Position numbers and translations under genes: made by a program. From positions 7,853-20,942 of the forward strand of contig AQSL01000144.1 in assembly GCA_000403035.1 (NCBI GenBank): 13,090 bases of DNA. Direction: 5' to 3'. Origin of the DNA: Candidatus Latescibacter anaerobius SCGC AAA252-E07 (lineage in GTDB: Bacteria; Latescibacterota; Latescibacteria; Latescibacterales; Latescibacteraceae). Under the pieces are notes generated by a model. The model was not told the origin of the DNA, ran no database searches, and saw only the letters and a program-made list of their open reading frames with translations. This document shows, one piece after another, positions 1 to 7,764 of this stretch (the stretch's first letter is position 1; each line of letters begins with the position of its first letter).

Positions 1-1
1 C

Positions 2-700
2 TTTGTATCCCGAGTTTTGAAGATGGAAGAAGATCTGGTAAAGCGTTGGGTTGACAATCGCTTGACAGTAGCTTGTAAGTATGGATTTACCTTAATATAT
101 GATGAGTTTACACGCTCAAGACCAGAGGCAAATAACATCCTCCTTTCTATATTACAGGAGAAGATGATGGATTTGCCAGTAGGACGCGGTGGTGAGGAGC
201 CATATTTAAGGGTCGATCCGGATTTCACCGCTATCTTTACCTCTAACCCTGAGGAATATGCTGGAGTCCACAGGTCTCAAGATGCTTTAAGAGACAGAAT
301 GATTACTATGGATTTGGACCACTTTGACTATGAAACTGAAGTGGCGATCACCCAGGCAAAATCCAAACTCTCTAAACCACATGCAGAAACGATAGTCGAT
401 ATCGTAAGGGGCTTGAGAGAATCTGGAAAGTGCGAATTTGCACCAACAGTTCGTGGTTGTATTATGATTGCAAAAACCCTTAAGGTTCAAAATATTACCC
501 CTTCTAAAGACGGAGCTTTTATGCAGATGTGCCAGGACATCTTAGCTTCAGAAACAAGCAGGGTTGGTTCTAAGACGAATCAAGCCAGGGTAAAAGAAGT
601 AGTTAAGGGGCTTGTCGAGAAAGAACTCGGCATAAGAAAGGCCACTGATGTTGGAAAGAAGACGGTGAAAGAGAGCGTTGTTGCTAGTACGGCCAAGTAG
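2..700 (+). CDS. gvpN: Gas vesicle AAA+ ATPase GvpN (CbbQ/NirQ/NorQ/GvpN family), 5'-truncated by the window edge (C-terminal ~230 aa)
   Basis: The frame is open from base 2 with no upstream stop, so the gene continues 5' of the window. The translation LVKRWVDNRLTVACKYGFTLIYDEFTRSRPEANNILLSILQE...YLRVDPDFTAIFTSNPEEYAGVHRSQDALRDRM matches the GvpN sensor region downstream of Walker B (LIYDEF). The Walker A motif would lie upstream of the window. Confidence 0.85.
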   Translation, partial: FVSRVLKMEEDLVKRWVDNRLTVACKYGFTLIYDEFTRSRPEANNILLSILQEKMMDLPVGRGGEEPYLRVDPDFTAIFTSNPEEYAGVHRSQDALRDRMITMDLDHFDYETEVAITQAKSKLSKPHAETIVDIVRGLRESGKCEFAPTVRGCIMIAKTLKVQNITPSKDGAFMQMCQDILASETSRVGSKTNQARVKEVVKGLVEKELGIRKATDVGKKTVKESVVASTAK

Positions 701-786
701 TCAGAATTTAGAAGAAAAACAGAGGATAGAAAGTCTGTTTTTAAACAGGCACCTTTTAGACAAATCGGTAACGGAGGTGATACAAG

Positions 787-957
787 ATGACGTTGATGCG
801 AGCATTTTCTAAGGTGGATAAAGATGGGAAGATAAAATTTCCTGGCAATATCCAGCGAGCAGCAGACTTAAAAGAAGGCCAGTTGATTGAGCTGAAGATT
901 GTAGGAGCAAGTAGAAAGAAGAATATTTTAGTTTCGGCTAAAGGTAGTGCAAGATAA
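787..957 (+). CDS. Small AbrB/SpoVT/MazE-type swapped-hairpin DNA-binding protein (56 aa), absent from the ORF track
   Basis: ATG at 787 follows a strong SD (GGAGGTGA) 6 nt upstream. The translation is MTLMRAFSKVDKDGKIKFPGNIQRAADLKEGQLIELKIVGASRKKNILVSAKGSAR. The core vDKdGrIxiPxxiRxxlxlkeGdxlElxi is the AbrB/SpoVT looped-hinge-helix fold signature. Confidence 0.6.
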   Translation: MTLMRAFSKVDKDGKIKFPGNIQRAADLKEGQLIELKIVGASRKKNILVSAKGSAR

Positions 958-1010
958 CGGCAGCGTCCCAATAGTGGGTGGAAATTGCAAAAGTGAAAAG
1001 TGTGGCAAAA

Positions 1011-1019
1011 TGATAAAAT
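1011..1019 (+). promoter_or_regulatory. Candidate extended -10 element (TGaTAAAAT) about 20 nt upstream of the SD of the 1040 ORF, lying in a tandem AAATGATA repeat
   Basis: A TGnTAAAAT motif sits in an AT-rich gap, followed by GGAG (1029-1032) and ATG at 1040. There is no convincing -35 element. Confidence 0.25.
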
Positions 1020-1039
1020 GATAATTATGGAGATAGAAA

Positions 1040-1351
1040 ATGAGAGGCGTGTCAGAAATTAGCGGTTTGCGGAGTATAAGAAGTATGGACGGTACTGGCA
1101 AAAGGTCTATCCCTCGCGTGCAAAGCTCTGCTTACCTCGATCTATATATACTACATAAAGAAAAAGATAGATTAGAGAAAGAAATCTATATTTTAGATAA
1201 AAGGAAAAAGGATATTCAGAAGAAGCTCGATGATGTCAATGAACAAATTGATAAATTGCAGAAAGCAGAAGCTGGAAGAAAAGAGAGGACTATAAAAGAG
1301 TTTAAAAAACCTTCAGAAAAAGACTGGAAGACTATGCCTCTAAAATATTAA
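1040..1351 (+). CDS. Hypothetical coiled-coil protein (103 aa), lysine/glutamate-rich
   Basis: ORF with GGAG 7 nt upstream of the ATG. The translation has heptad-like K/E-rich stretches (EKDRLEKEIYILDKRKKDIQKKLDDVNEQIDKLQKAE). No family was recognised. An alternative start is possible at M16 (nt 1085). Confidence 0.5.
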   Translation: MRGVSEISGLRSIRSMDGTGKRSIPRVQSSAYLDLYILHKEKDRLEKEIYILDKRKKDIQKKLDDVNEQIDKLQKAEAGRKERTIKEFKKPSEKDWKTMPLKY

Positions 1352-1381
1352 GAAGAAAATCATAATTCGGATGATACGATA

Positions 1382-1762
1382 ATGGATTGGAAAACAATCG
1401 ACTTCAAGAGTCAAAAGCCGGGCAAAAAGGGCGAGGTTTTGAATAACCAAATATATAGATGTGGCTTCTGTGGTGCGAAGGGATTTATGCCTTCCAGGAA
1501 GAGCACAAGGTGCCCTGTTTGTTTAGGTGTCGGGACTGTAAAGGCTCAACCTCCAGTTGTAATCTGTGCTTACTGTAATGGTTCAGGAAAATCTCATTTA
1601 AATACTGATCTTACCTGTATTGTCTGTGGTGGAAAAGGGATTGTAGGTGTACATACTAAGCAAGTCGAGATATGCCCTACATGCAAAGGTAGAGGTAGAG
1701 AAAAAGGTGGGAATCTTCCCTGTTTAATGTGCAGAGGAAAAGGAGTTATCTATAAGAAGTAA
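1382..1762 (+). CDS. Standalone DnaJ-type zinc-finger protein with six CxxCxGxG repeats (126 aa)
   Basis: Six evenly spaced motifs are present: CGFCGAKG, CPVCLGVG, CAYCNGSG, CIVCGGKG, CPTCKGRG and CLMCRGKG. This is the DnaJ central Cys-rich repeat type (DnaJ has four). The protein has no J-domain of its own. Confidence 0.8.
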   Translation: MDWKTIDFKSQKPGKKGEVLNNQIYRCGFCGAKGFMPSRKSTRCPVCLGVGTVKAQPPVVICAYCNGSGKSHLNTDLTCIVCGGKGIVGVHTKQVEICPTCKGRGREKGGNLPCLMCRGKGVIYKK

Positions 1763-1794
1763 TTATACCTTAAAAAGGCTATAGGAGGTAAGGT

Positions 1795-2328
1795 ATGGCA
1801 AAGGGAAAAAAGAAAAAGGAAGAAGATTTGGACATTGATTTTGGAATAGGAAAATTAAGTCTGGGGGGTTTATTTAAAGGTATTGAGAAATTAGTCGACC
1901 TAGCAGCAGATTTAGAAGAAGCAGGTGGCGAAATCAAAAAAGAAGGTGAAATAGACCTGAGCCATCTTAAAGAAGGCATGAAAGGTGTGTTTGGCTTCTC
2001 TATAAAGACGATGGCGGGGGAAAAGACAATTGTTGAGCCTTTCGGTAATATTAAGAAGACTCCTAAAGGACCCAAGGTTGAAGAGGAAAGAGAACCTATG
2101 GTTGATATTTTTGATGAAAAGGAAGAGGTTGTGATTATAGCAGAAATGCCAGGGATTAACGAAGAAGACATCTCGATGGATTTTAAAGGAGATATATTAG
2201 AGGTAAAAGCGGTGTATAAGGATAGAAAATACTATAAAGAAGTTTTGTTACCGGCAAAGGTGAAATCAGAGACCCTGACCTCAACTTATAAAAATGGTAT
2301 ATTAGAAGTAAGAATAAGGAAATGCTAA
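1795..2328 (+). CDS. Hsp20/alpha-crystallin-domain small heat-shock protein (GvpH-like), 177 aa
   Basis: Strong SD (AGGAGGT) precedes the ATG. The C-terminal half (PMVDIFDEKEEVVIIAEMPGINEEDISMDFKGDILEVKA...YKEVLLPAKVKSETLTSTYKNGILEVRIRK) is an alpha-crystallin domain with the characteristic terminal I/V-x-I/V-like motif. The N-terminus is charged and disordered. Confidence 0.8.
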   Translation: MAKGKKKKEEDLDIDFGIGKLSLGGLFKGIEKLVDLAADLEEAGGEIKKEGEIDLSHLKEGMKGVFGFSIKTMAGEKTIVEPFGNIKKTPKGPKVEEEREPMVDIFDEKEEVVIIAEMPGINEEDISMDFKGDILEVKAVYKDRKYYKEVLLPAKVKSETLTSTYKNGILEVRIRKC

Positions 2329-3264
2329 GTGGCATTAATTGGATTAAAAGAAGGTGCCTTAAAGTTAATTCTTTTGGGGGGAAAGGGTGGTGTAGGAAAG
2401 ACGACCTGTTCCTCAAGCACAGGTCTTTACTTAGCTAAAGATTTTAAGACGCTTCTTATCTCGACAGATCCAGCACATTCTTTATCTGATAGTTTAGGCC
2501 AGAAAGTTGGAGATGAGATAGTAGGAGTAAAGGGTGTAGAGAACCTAAGTGCTCTTGAAGTAAGCGCGGAAAAGGCTTTTTCTAAATTTAAGGTTGAATA
2601 TGAAGACCAGATAAAGAAAATCTTGGATACTTCTACGTATTTAGGCCAGGAAGACATTGATTCCATTTTCGCCTTGCCTATCCCGGGAATGGATGAGGTA
2701 ATGGGGTTTAAGACTATAGTTGATCTTATTGAAGAGGCAAGGTTTGATAAATATATTGTTGATACTGCACCCACTGGGCATGCGTTGAGACTTCTGACTT
2801 TACCAGACCTCTTGGATGACTGGATTAAAGTGATGGCAAAGATGAGATGGAAATATAGGTATATGGTTGAAACTTTTGCTGGAAAATATAAACCTGATGA
2901 AGGCGATGATTTTCTATTAAGTATGAAAAAGACGGTAAAGAGAATAGAAGGCCTTCTTAAGGATCAAAGCAGGTGCGAATTTATAGCAGTTACCATTCCA
3001 GAAGATATGGCAATTTTGGAAACGGAGAGGCTGATAAATAATCTGAATAACTATGGAATAAAGGTAAGGCAATTAGTTATAAATAATGTCATGGAATCGA
3101 GGGATTGCGGATTTTGTCAAGAACGAAGAAAAGAGCAAGAAAAATATATAAACCAAATAAAAAGAAAATTTAGCAATTTAAAAACAACAATTATAGCTTT
3201 ACAACCTCGAGAGGTTAAAGGTATAGACGCGTTAAATAATTTTAAGGAGTTGCTATTTCAGTAA
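2329..3264 (+). CDS. ArsA/Get3-family P-loop ATPase (anion-transporting ATPase-like), 311 aa
   Basis: The deviant Walker [11 protein letters not shown], the A-loop/switch [11 protein letters not shown] and switch [14 protein letters not shown] are all hallmarks of the ArsA/Get3 family. A C-terminal CGFC pair is also present. The GTG start at 2329 directly abuts the TAA stop of the Hsp20 gene, suggesting translational coupling. Confidence 0.85.
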   Translation: MALIGLKEGALKLILLGGKGGVGKTTCSSSTGLYLAKDFKTLLISTDPAHSLSDSLGQKVGDEIVGVKGVENLSALEVSAEKAFSKFKVEYEDQIKKILDTSTYLGQEDIDSIFALPIPGMDEVMGFKTIVDLIEEARFDKYIVDTAPTGHALRLLTLPDLLDDWIKVMAKMRWKYRYMVETFAGKYKPDEGDDFLLSMKKTVKRIEGLLKDQSRCEFIAVTIPEDMAILETERLINNLNNYGIKVRQLVINNVMESRDCGFCQERRKEQEKYINQIKRKFSNLKTTIIALQPREVKGIDALNNFKELLFQ

Positions 3265-5429
3265 TGATGAAAAAAAACACAAACCTTACTTTAAAGGTAA
3301 AAGAGGCCTTACCAAAAGATGTGGGAAGGGCAATCGCCAGGATTGACCCAGAGGATATGAAGGCCTTTTGTTTAGAGGTAGGTGATATCATCGAGATTGA
3401 AGGAAAAAGAAAAACACCAGCAAAAATAATGCCCTGTTATACTGAAGAAAGGGGTAAAAAGATTATACAGATAGACGGTATATCGAGAGAAAACGCTCAA
3501 ATAGGGCTGGATGAAAAAGTGGAGATTCATAAAATTAACCATAAACCTGCTAGTAAAATTACTCTCACACCTTTAACCGTATCAACTCTCTTACAAAGAG
3601 ATACAGATGCTAAGTATATCAGTTCGCTTATAGAGGGATTGCCTATAATCCGTGGTGATAGGGTTAGAGCTACGCTATTCGGCTCAAAGTCCTGCGATTT
3701 TAAGGTAGTAGATACCATACCCGAAGGTGTGGTATTGGTAAACCCAACTACTTTGATAAGGATGGAGACGAAAGGGGCTGGAGAAGGCAGACCGGCCAAG
3801 ATTTCATATGAAGATATCGGTGGACTTACTCCCAAAATTCAGAGGATTAGAGAGATGATAGAACTTCCACTGAGATATCCTCAGGTTTTTGAAAGATTGG
3901 GGATTGATGCGCCGAAGGGAGTTTTTCTCTATGGCCCACCGGGCACAGGAAAGACCTTAATCGCTCGTGCAGTAGCTAATGAAACAGACGCCTATTTTAC
4001 TCACATATCAGGTCCTGAGATTATGGGCAAGTTCTACGGTGAAAGTGAAGCACGTCTGCGAAGTGTATTTGAAGATGCTAAAAACCATACTCCTGCCATA
4101 ATTTTTATCGATGAAATAGATGCTATCGCGCCAAAGAGAGAAGAGATGGGTGGAGAAAAGCAGGTTGAACGCAGGGTAGTAGCTCAGCTTTTAGCCCTGA
4201 TGGATGGTTTGGAATCTCGAGGGCAGGTTATTGTTATTGGAGCTACCAATATCCCCAATACAGTTGACCCTGCTCTTCGTAGACCTGGTCGGTTTGATAG
4301 AGAGATACCCATCCCTATCCCTGATAAAAACGGAAGATTTGAGATACTTCAGATTCACACAAGGGGTATGCCTTTAGCAGAAGATGTCAGTGTAGAGAAG
4401 TTGGCTGGGATCACCCATGGATTTGTGGGTGCGGATTTGGAGGCATTAGCCAGAGAAGCGGCAATGAGCGCGTTGAGAAAGATTTTACCTAAAATCACCT
4501 TTGAATTGGCAGATATTCCTTATGAGAGTTTGATGAAGTTAGAAGTAACCATGGATAATTTTTTAGAGGCCATGAAAGAGGTTGAGCCATCGGCCATAAG
4601 AGAAGTATTTGTGGAAGTGCCGGATGTAAAGTGGGAAGATGTAGGAGGTTTAGAAAATATAAAAGAAGAGTTAAAAGAAGCTATAGAGTGGCCATTGAAA
4701 TATTCTGATACCTTTAAAAAGGCAAATACTAATCCTCCCAAAGGGATCCTACTTTATGGAATACCTGGAACAGGAAAGACACTTTTGGCCAAGGCAGTGG
4801 CTAATGAAAGCGGAGTTAATTTTTTATCCATTAAAGGGCCACAACTTATCAGCCGCTATGTTGGAGAGTCAGAGCGAGGGGTAAGAGAGATATTTAAGAA
4901 GGCAAAACAGGTAGCGCCAACAATACTTTTTATTGATGAGATAGATAGCCTTGTGCCCAGACGTGGTTCAGGTTCTACCGATTCTCATGTTACAGAAAGG
5001 GTAATAAGTCAATTTCTAACTGAGATGGATGGGATTGAAGAGCTTAAGGGAGTCGTTGTTTTAGCCGCTACTAACAGGTTAGATATAGTTGATCCTGCCA
5101 TTTTACGGAGTGGTAGATTTGACCTCTTACTTGAGTTGCCTGTGCCAGATGAAAAAACCAGGGAAGAGATATTTAAGATACATACTAAGGATAAACCCCT
5201 TTCTAAAGACGTGGATTTGAAGAGTTTAGCCAAAGAGACCGAAGATAAAGTAGGTTCTGATATTGAATTTATCTGTCGTAAGGCCTCAATGCTGGCGATA
5301 AGAAAATTTATAGAAAATCCGAGAAATAAAGATGAACTCATTATTATTAAGAAGAAGCATTTCGAAGAGGCTATTAAGATAGTAAACGAACAGAAAAAAA
5401 TGGGGGGAGAAGATGGCAAAGATTATTGA
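3264..5429 (+). CDS. Cdc48/p97/VAT-like double-ring AAA+ ATPase with N-terminal double-psi-barrel domain (721 aa)
   Basis: The N-domain [38 protein letters not shown] resembles VAT-N/Cdc48-N. The D1 domain has [17 protein letters not shown] and a second-region-of-homology arginine motif RRPGRFDRE. The D2 domain has GIPGTGKT and ILFIDEIDS. The ATG at 3264 overlaps the TAA stop of the ArsA-like gene (TAATG). Confidence 0.9.
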   Translation: MMKKNTNLTLKVKEALPKDVGRAIARIDPEDMKAFCLEVGDIIEIEGKRKTPAKIMPCYTEERGKKIIQIDGISRENAQIGLDEKVEIHKINHKPASKITLTPLTVSTLLQRDTDAKYISSLIEGLPIIRGDRVRATLFGSKSCDFKVVDTIPEGVVLVNPTTLIRMETKGAGEGRPAKISYEDIGGLTPKIQRIREMIELPLRYPQVFERLGIDAPKGVFLYGPPGTGKTLIARAVANETDAYFTHISGPEIMGKFYGESEARLRSVFEDAKNHTPAIIFIDEIDAIAPKREEMGGEKQVERRVVAQLLALMDGLESRGQVIVIGATNIPNTVDPALRRPGRFDREIPIPIPDKNGRFEILQIHTRGMPLAEDVSVEKLAGITHGFVGADLEALAREAAMSALRKILPKITFELADIPYESLMKLEVTMDNFLEAMKEVEPSAIREVFVEVPDVKWEDVGGLENIKEELKEAIEWPLKYSDTFKKANTNPPKGILLYGIPGTGKTLLAKAVANESGVNFLSIKGPQLISRYVGESERGVREIFKKAKQVAPTILFIDEIDSLVPRRGSGSTDSHVTERVISQFLTEMDGIEELKGVVVLAATNRLDIVDPAILRSGRFDLLLELPVPDEKTREEIFKIHTKDKPLSKDVDLKSLAKETEDKVGSDIEFICRKASMLAIRKFIENPRNKDELIIIKKKHFEEAIKIVNEQKKMGGEDGKDY

Positions 5430-5565
5430 AAAAATTAAAAATCTCTTTAGTGGCAAGGTTGTCTTTAAATCAAAGTGTGGAGCAAAGAAAGAAGAGGCAA
5501 AACCAAAACAAGAAACCTCTTCCCAAGAAAAATCCGAAGAGAAAAAACAACAACCCTCAACATAA
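5413..5565 (+). CDS. Possible small lysine-rich ORF (50 aa) overlapping the 3' end of the Cdc48-like gene
   Basis: The ATG at 5413 is preceded by a G-rich SD-like run (GGGGGGAG). The translation is [50 protein letters not shown]. The region is low-complexity and A-rich, so this could be a chance ORF. Confidence 0.25.
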   Translation: MAKIIEKIKNLFSGKVVFKSKCGAKKEEAKPKQETSSQEKSEEKKQQPST

Positions 5566-5618
5566 AAAAGTTAAGGGTTTCCATTTAGATGTTTGGACCT
5601 TAAAACAAGAGGTGCGAT

Positions 5619-5885
5619 ATGGGATTTGTAGAATTTGAATACCTATTAGTAATCAGTTTAGTAGTTTCATTGGTATTAGCATATTTGCCGAAGGTAAAGA
5701 TTACACTCCCGGGAGGGATTACGACAAATATTATCGTTAGCTATATTGGAGCAAGGCTTGGTGCAGTTGTGTTTGGGAATTGGCTATTTTTAACCTTTCA
5801 GGGTATTAGTATTTTGCCAGCAATATTGGGAGCGATAGTCGCGATTCTCTTAGGCAAGGCCTGTGTAGAGTGCTCTAAGAAGTAA
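5619..5885 (+). CDS. Small integral membrane protein (88 aa), resembling the GlsB/YeaQ/YmgE (transglycosylase-associated) stress membrane-protein family
   Basis: A GAGGTG SD lies 4-5 nt upstream of the ATG. The protein has hydrophobic helices with Gly-zipper-like motifs (IGARLGAVVFG, ILPAILGAIVAILLG) and a C-terminal CVEC pair. It is a paralog of the 12707-13012 product. Confidence 0.65.
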   Translation: MGFVEFEYLLVISLVVSLVLAYLPKVKITLPGGITTNIIVSYIGARLGAVVFGNWLFLTFQGISILPAILGAIVAILLGKACVECSKK

Positions 5886-5917
5886 AACCAGATTAATTTT
5901 TTTTCTTGTATGACATT

Positions 5918-5953
5918 GCCTGAGGGAGAGGCGGTCTAGCCTTACCCTCAGGC
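5918..5953 (+). promoter_or_regulatory. Structured stem-loop in the 5' leader of the gvpF-J gene: 9-bp stem GCCTGAGGG/CCCTCAGGC with a nested AGGC/GCCT helix
   Basis: A perfect 9-bp inverted repeat separated by 18 nt contains a 4-bp inner palindrome. It is preceded by a T8 run and immediately followed by GAGGAG (SD) and the GTG start at 5967. It is not followed by a T-tract, so it is not a canonical intrinsic terminator. Confidence 0.5.
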
Positions 5954-5966
5954 GAAGAGGAGCATT

Positions 5967-6992
5967 GTGGCTGAAACAGAAAAATATATTTACGGAATTA
6001 TAAATTCTAATGAAGCATTATACTTTGGTTCTTTTGGAACAACTGCATGTGAGGAGGTTTATACTATTCCTTATCAAGATATTTCAGTAGTAGTAAGTAA
6101 CTCTGAAATGGTTGATTACACCATTTTACCCAAGGATGCAGTAGTCAGACATCTGTTTAAGCATCAGCAGGTAATCGAAAAAGTTATGGAGGGCTTTACA
6201 GTAATCCCCATGCGATTAGGAACATTTGCATATGATGAAGATGAAGTAAGATATATTTTGGCCAAAGCCTACCTAATGGTTAAGGACATATTTAATAAGA
6301 TATCTGATAAAATCGAGATTGATGTTGTTGCCACTTGGGGTGATTTTGATTCCGTCCTTAAAGTGATTGGAGAAGAAAAGGAGATTAAGGGATTCAGAGA
6401 AAGTCTTTTAACCAATCCTAAAGAGATAACCGTAGACAACCAGATGAAAGTGGGAGCTATGGTCAAAAACCACTTATATAAAAAAAGAGAAAAATATACT
6501 CTAGAAATACAAACATCCCTAAGCAAAATTATCCAAGGAATCAAAGTTCATGAGCTTATGAATGATGAGATGGTCTTAAATACTGCCTTTTTAATAAATA
6601 AAACTAAACAGAAAGAATTTGATAAAAAAATAGAAAAACTAAATACAAAATTTAATAACGAGTTGAACTTTAGATGTGTTGGTCCGCTACCTCCTTATAG
6701 CTTTTACACACTCGAGATCAAGAAGTGGCAATTTGAAGAGATAGATTGGGCAAGAAGAAAACTTGGGCTCCAAAACAACTTTGCAACTAAAGATGAAATA
6801 AAAAAAGCCCATCAGACAATGGCGTTTACTTTTCACCCTGACAAAAATCCCAATACTTCTGGCATAGAGAGAGAATTCGATGAGATAACAAAGGCTTATA
6901 AATTGTTGTGTGAATATTGCGAGGGAGATAGTTGTTCTTTTAGTGAGGAAGAATTCAAAAAGAACGCAATATTAGTCAAGGTAAGAGATTGA
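5967..6992 (+). CDS. gvpF: GvpF/GvpL-family gas vesicle protein fused to a C-terminal DnaJ J-domain (341 aa)
   Basis: The N-terminal ~250 aa carry GvpF/L motifs: KYIYGII, VxxHxxVIEKVMEGFTVIPMRLGTF, NTAFLINK and RCVGPLPPYSFY. Residues ~258-315 (WARRKLGLQNNFATKDEIKKAHQTMAFTFHPDKNPNTSGIEREFDEITKAYKLL) form a canonical J-domain with the HPD motif at nt 6834-6842. The tail CEYCEGDSCS is Cys-rich. GTG start with a GAGGAG SD. Confidence 0.85.
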   Translation: MAETEKYIYGIINSNEALYFGSFGTTACEEVYTIPYQDISVVVSNSEMVDYTILPKDAVVRHLFKHQQVIEKVMEGFTVIPMRLGTFAYDEDEVRYILAKAYLMVKDIFNKISDKIEIDVVATWGDFDSVLKVIGEEKEIKGFRESLLTNPKEITVDNQMKVGAMVKNHLYKKREKYTLEIQTSLSKIIQGIKVHELMNDEMVLNTAFLINKTKQKEFDKKIEKLNTKFNNELNFRCVGPLPPYSFYTLEIKKWQFEEIDWARRKLGLQNNFATKDEIKKAHQTMAFTFHPDKNPNTSGIEREFDEITKAYKLLCEYCEGDSCSFSEEEFKKNAILVKVRD

Positions 6993-6993
6993 T

Positions 6994-7764
6994 ATGGAAA
7001 AAGAAGGAAAATATATCTATTGTATTATCGCGACATCACAAGAGAGAAATTTTGGTCCTATTGGAATAGGTGAAAGAGGCGACGATGTCCTAACCATCGG
7101 CTATAATGACCTAAGCATGGTTATGAGCAATCATCCTATAGTTAAATTTGTTGTTAATCGAGAAAACATGTTAGCTCATGAGAAAGTAATTGAGGAAGTG
7201 ATGAAGGAATTTGATGGTGTGCTTCCGGTCAGGTTTGGCACGATTGCATCCAGTGCCGATGAGATAAGGAATCTTTTGGACAGAAGATATAGAGAATTTA
7301 AGACGCTGTTACGAGATATGGACCACAAGGTAGAATTAGGTGTTAAAGGCATATGGAAGGATATGGATGTAATCTTTAAAAAAATTGTAGAAGAAAATAA
7401 AGGGATCAAGAAAACAAAAGAGAATATTCAGAACGATAAAGGTAAGAAAAATATTCAAGCCAAAATGGAGATTGGCAAGATGGTCGAGCATGCCTTAGCA
7501 ATAAAGAAGGAAAAAGAGGCGGAAAGTATAGTAAATACCCTTAAAAGAGCAGCTTTTGATTATAAACTCAATAGAACCGCTGGTGATGAGATGTTTATGA
7601 ATGCTGCTTTTTTGGTTGATAAAGGTAGAGAAAAAGAGTTTGATAATATAATGGTTGACTTAAGTAACAAATACAAAGATAGAATAAAGTTTATGTATGT
7701 AGGGCCTTTACCTGTATTTAACTTTGTCAATATTGTCATTTATCCTGAAGAGTGGGAGAAATAA
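6994..7764 (+). CDS. gvpF: GvpF/GvpL-family gas vesicle protein, paralog 2 (256 aa)
   Basis: Carries the motifs EGKYIYCII, NMLAHEKVIEEVMKEFDGVLPVRFGTI, NAAFLVDK and FMYVGPLPVFNF. It starts 1 nt after the stop of the preceding gvpF-J gene. Confidence 0.85.
   Translation: MEKEGKYIYCIIATSQERNFGPIGIGERGDDVLTIGYNDLSMVMSNHPIVKFVVNRENMLAHEKVIEEVMKEFDGVLPVRFGTIASSADEIRNLLDRRYREFKTLLRDMDHKVELGVKGIWKDMDVIFKKIVEENKGIKKTKENIQNDKGKKNIQAKMEIGKMVEHALAIKKEKEAESIVNTLKRAAFDYKLNRTAGDEMFMNAAFLVDKGREKEFDNIMVDLSNKYKDRIKFMYVGPLPVFNFVNIVIYPEEWEK

Noticed and set aside
287-490. Minus-strand 67-aa ORF inside gvpN
   Set aside because: It lies entirely within the well-supported gvpN coding region on the opposite strand. 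It has no SD and a Cys/Trp-rich junk-like translation, so it is a shadow ORF. The same reasoning applies to all other minus-strand ORFs in the track (756-971, 1779-2171, 2183-2416, 2427-2774, 3527-3835, 4520-4741, 5009-5419, 6269-6544, 7176-7409, 8230-8412, 9229-9432, 9870-10139, 10216-10638, 11140-11427, 11466-11735, 12827-13018).
5426-5638. 70-aa lysine-rich ORF from the track (non-ATG start)
   Set aside because: It starts at TTG with no SD. It is a translation of A-rich low-complexity DNA ([22 protein letters not shown]) and overlaps the start of the downstream membrane-protein gene. The alternative ATG-initiated frame (5413-5565) is marginally more plausible and is listed with low confidence instead.
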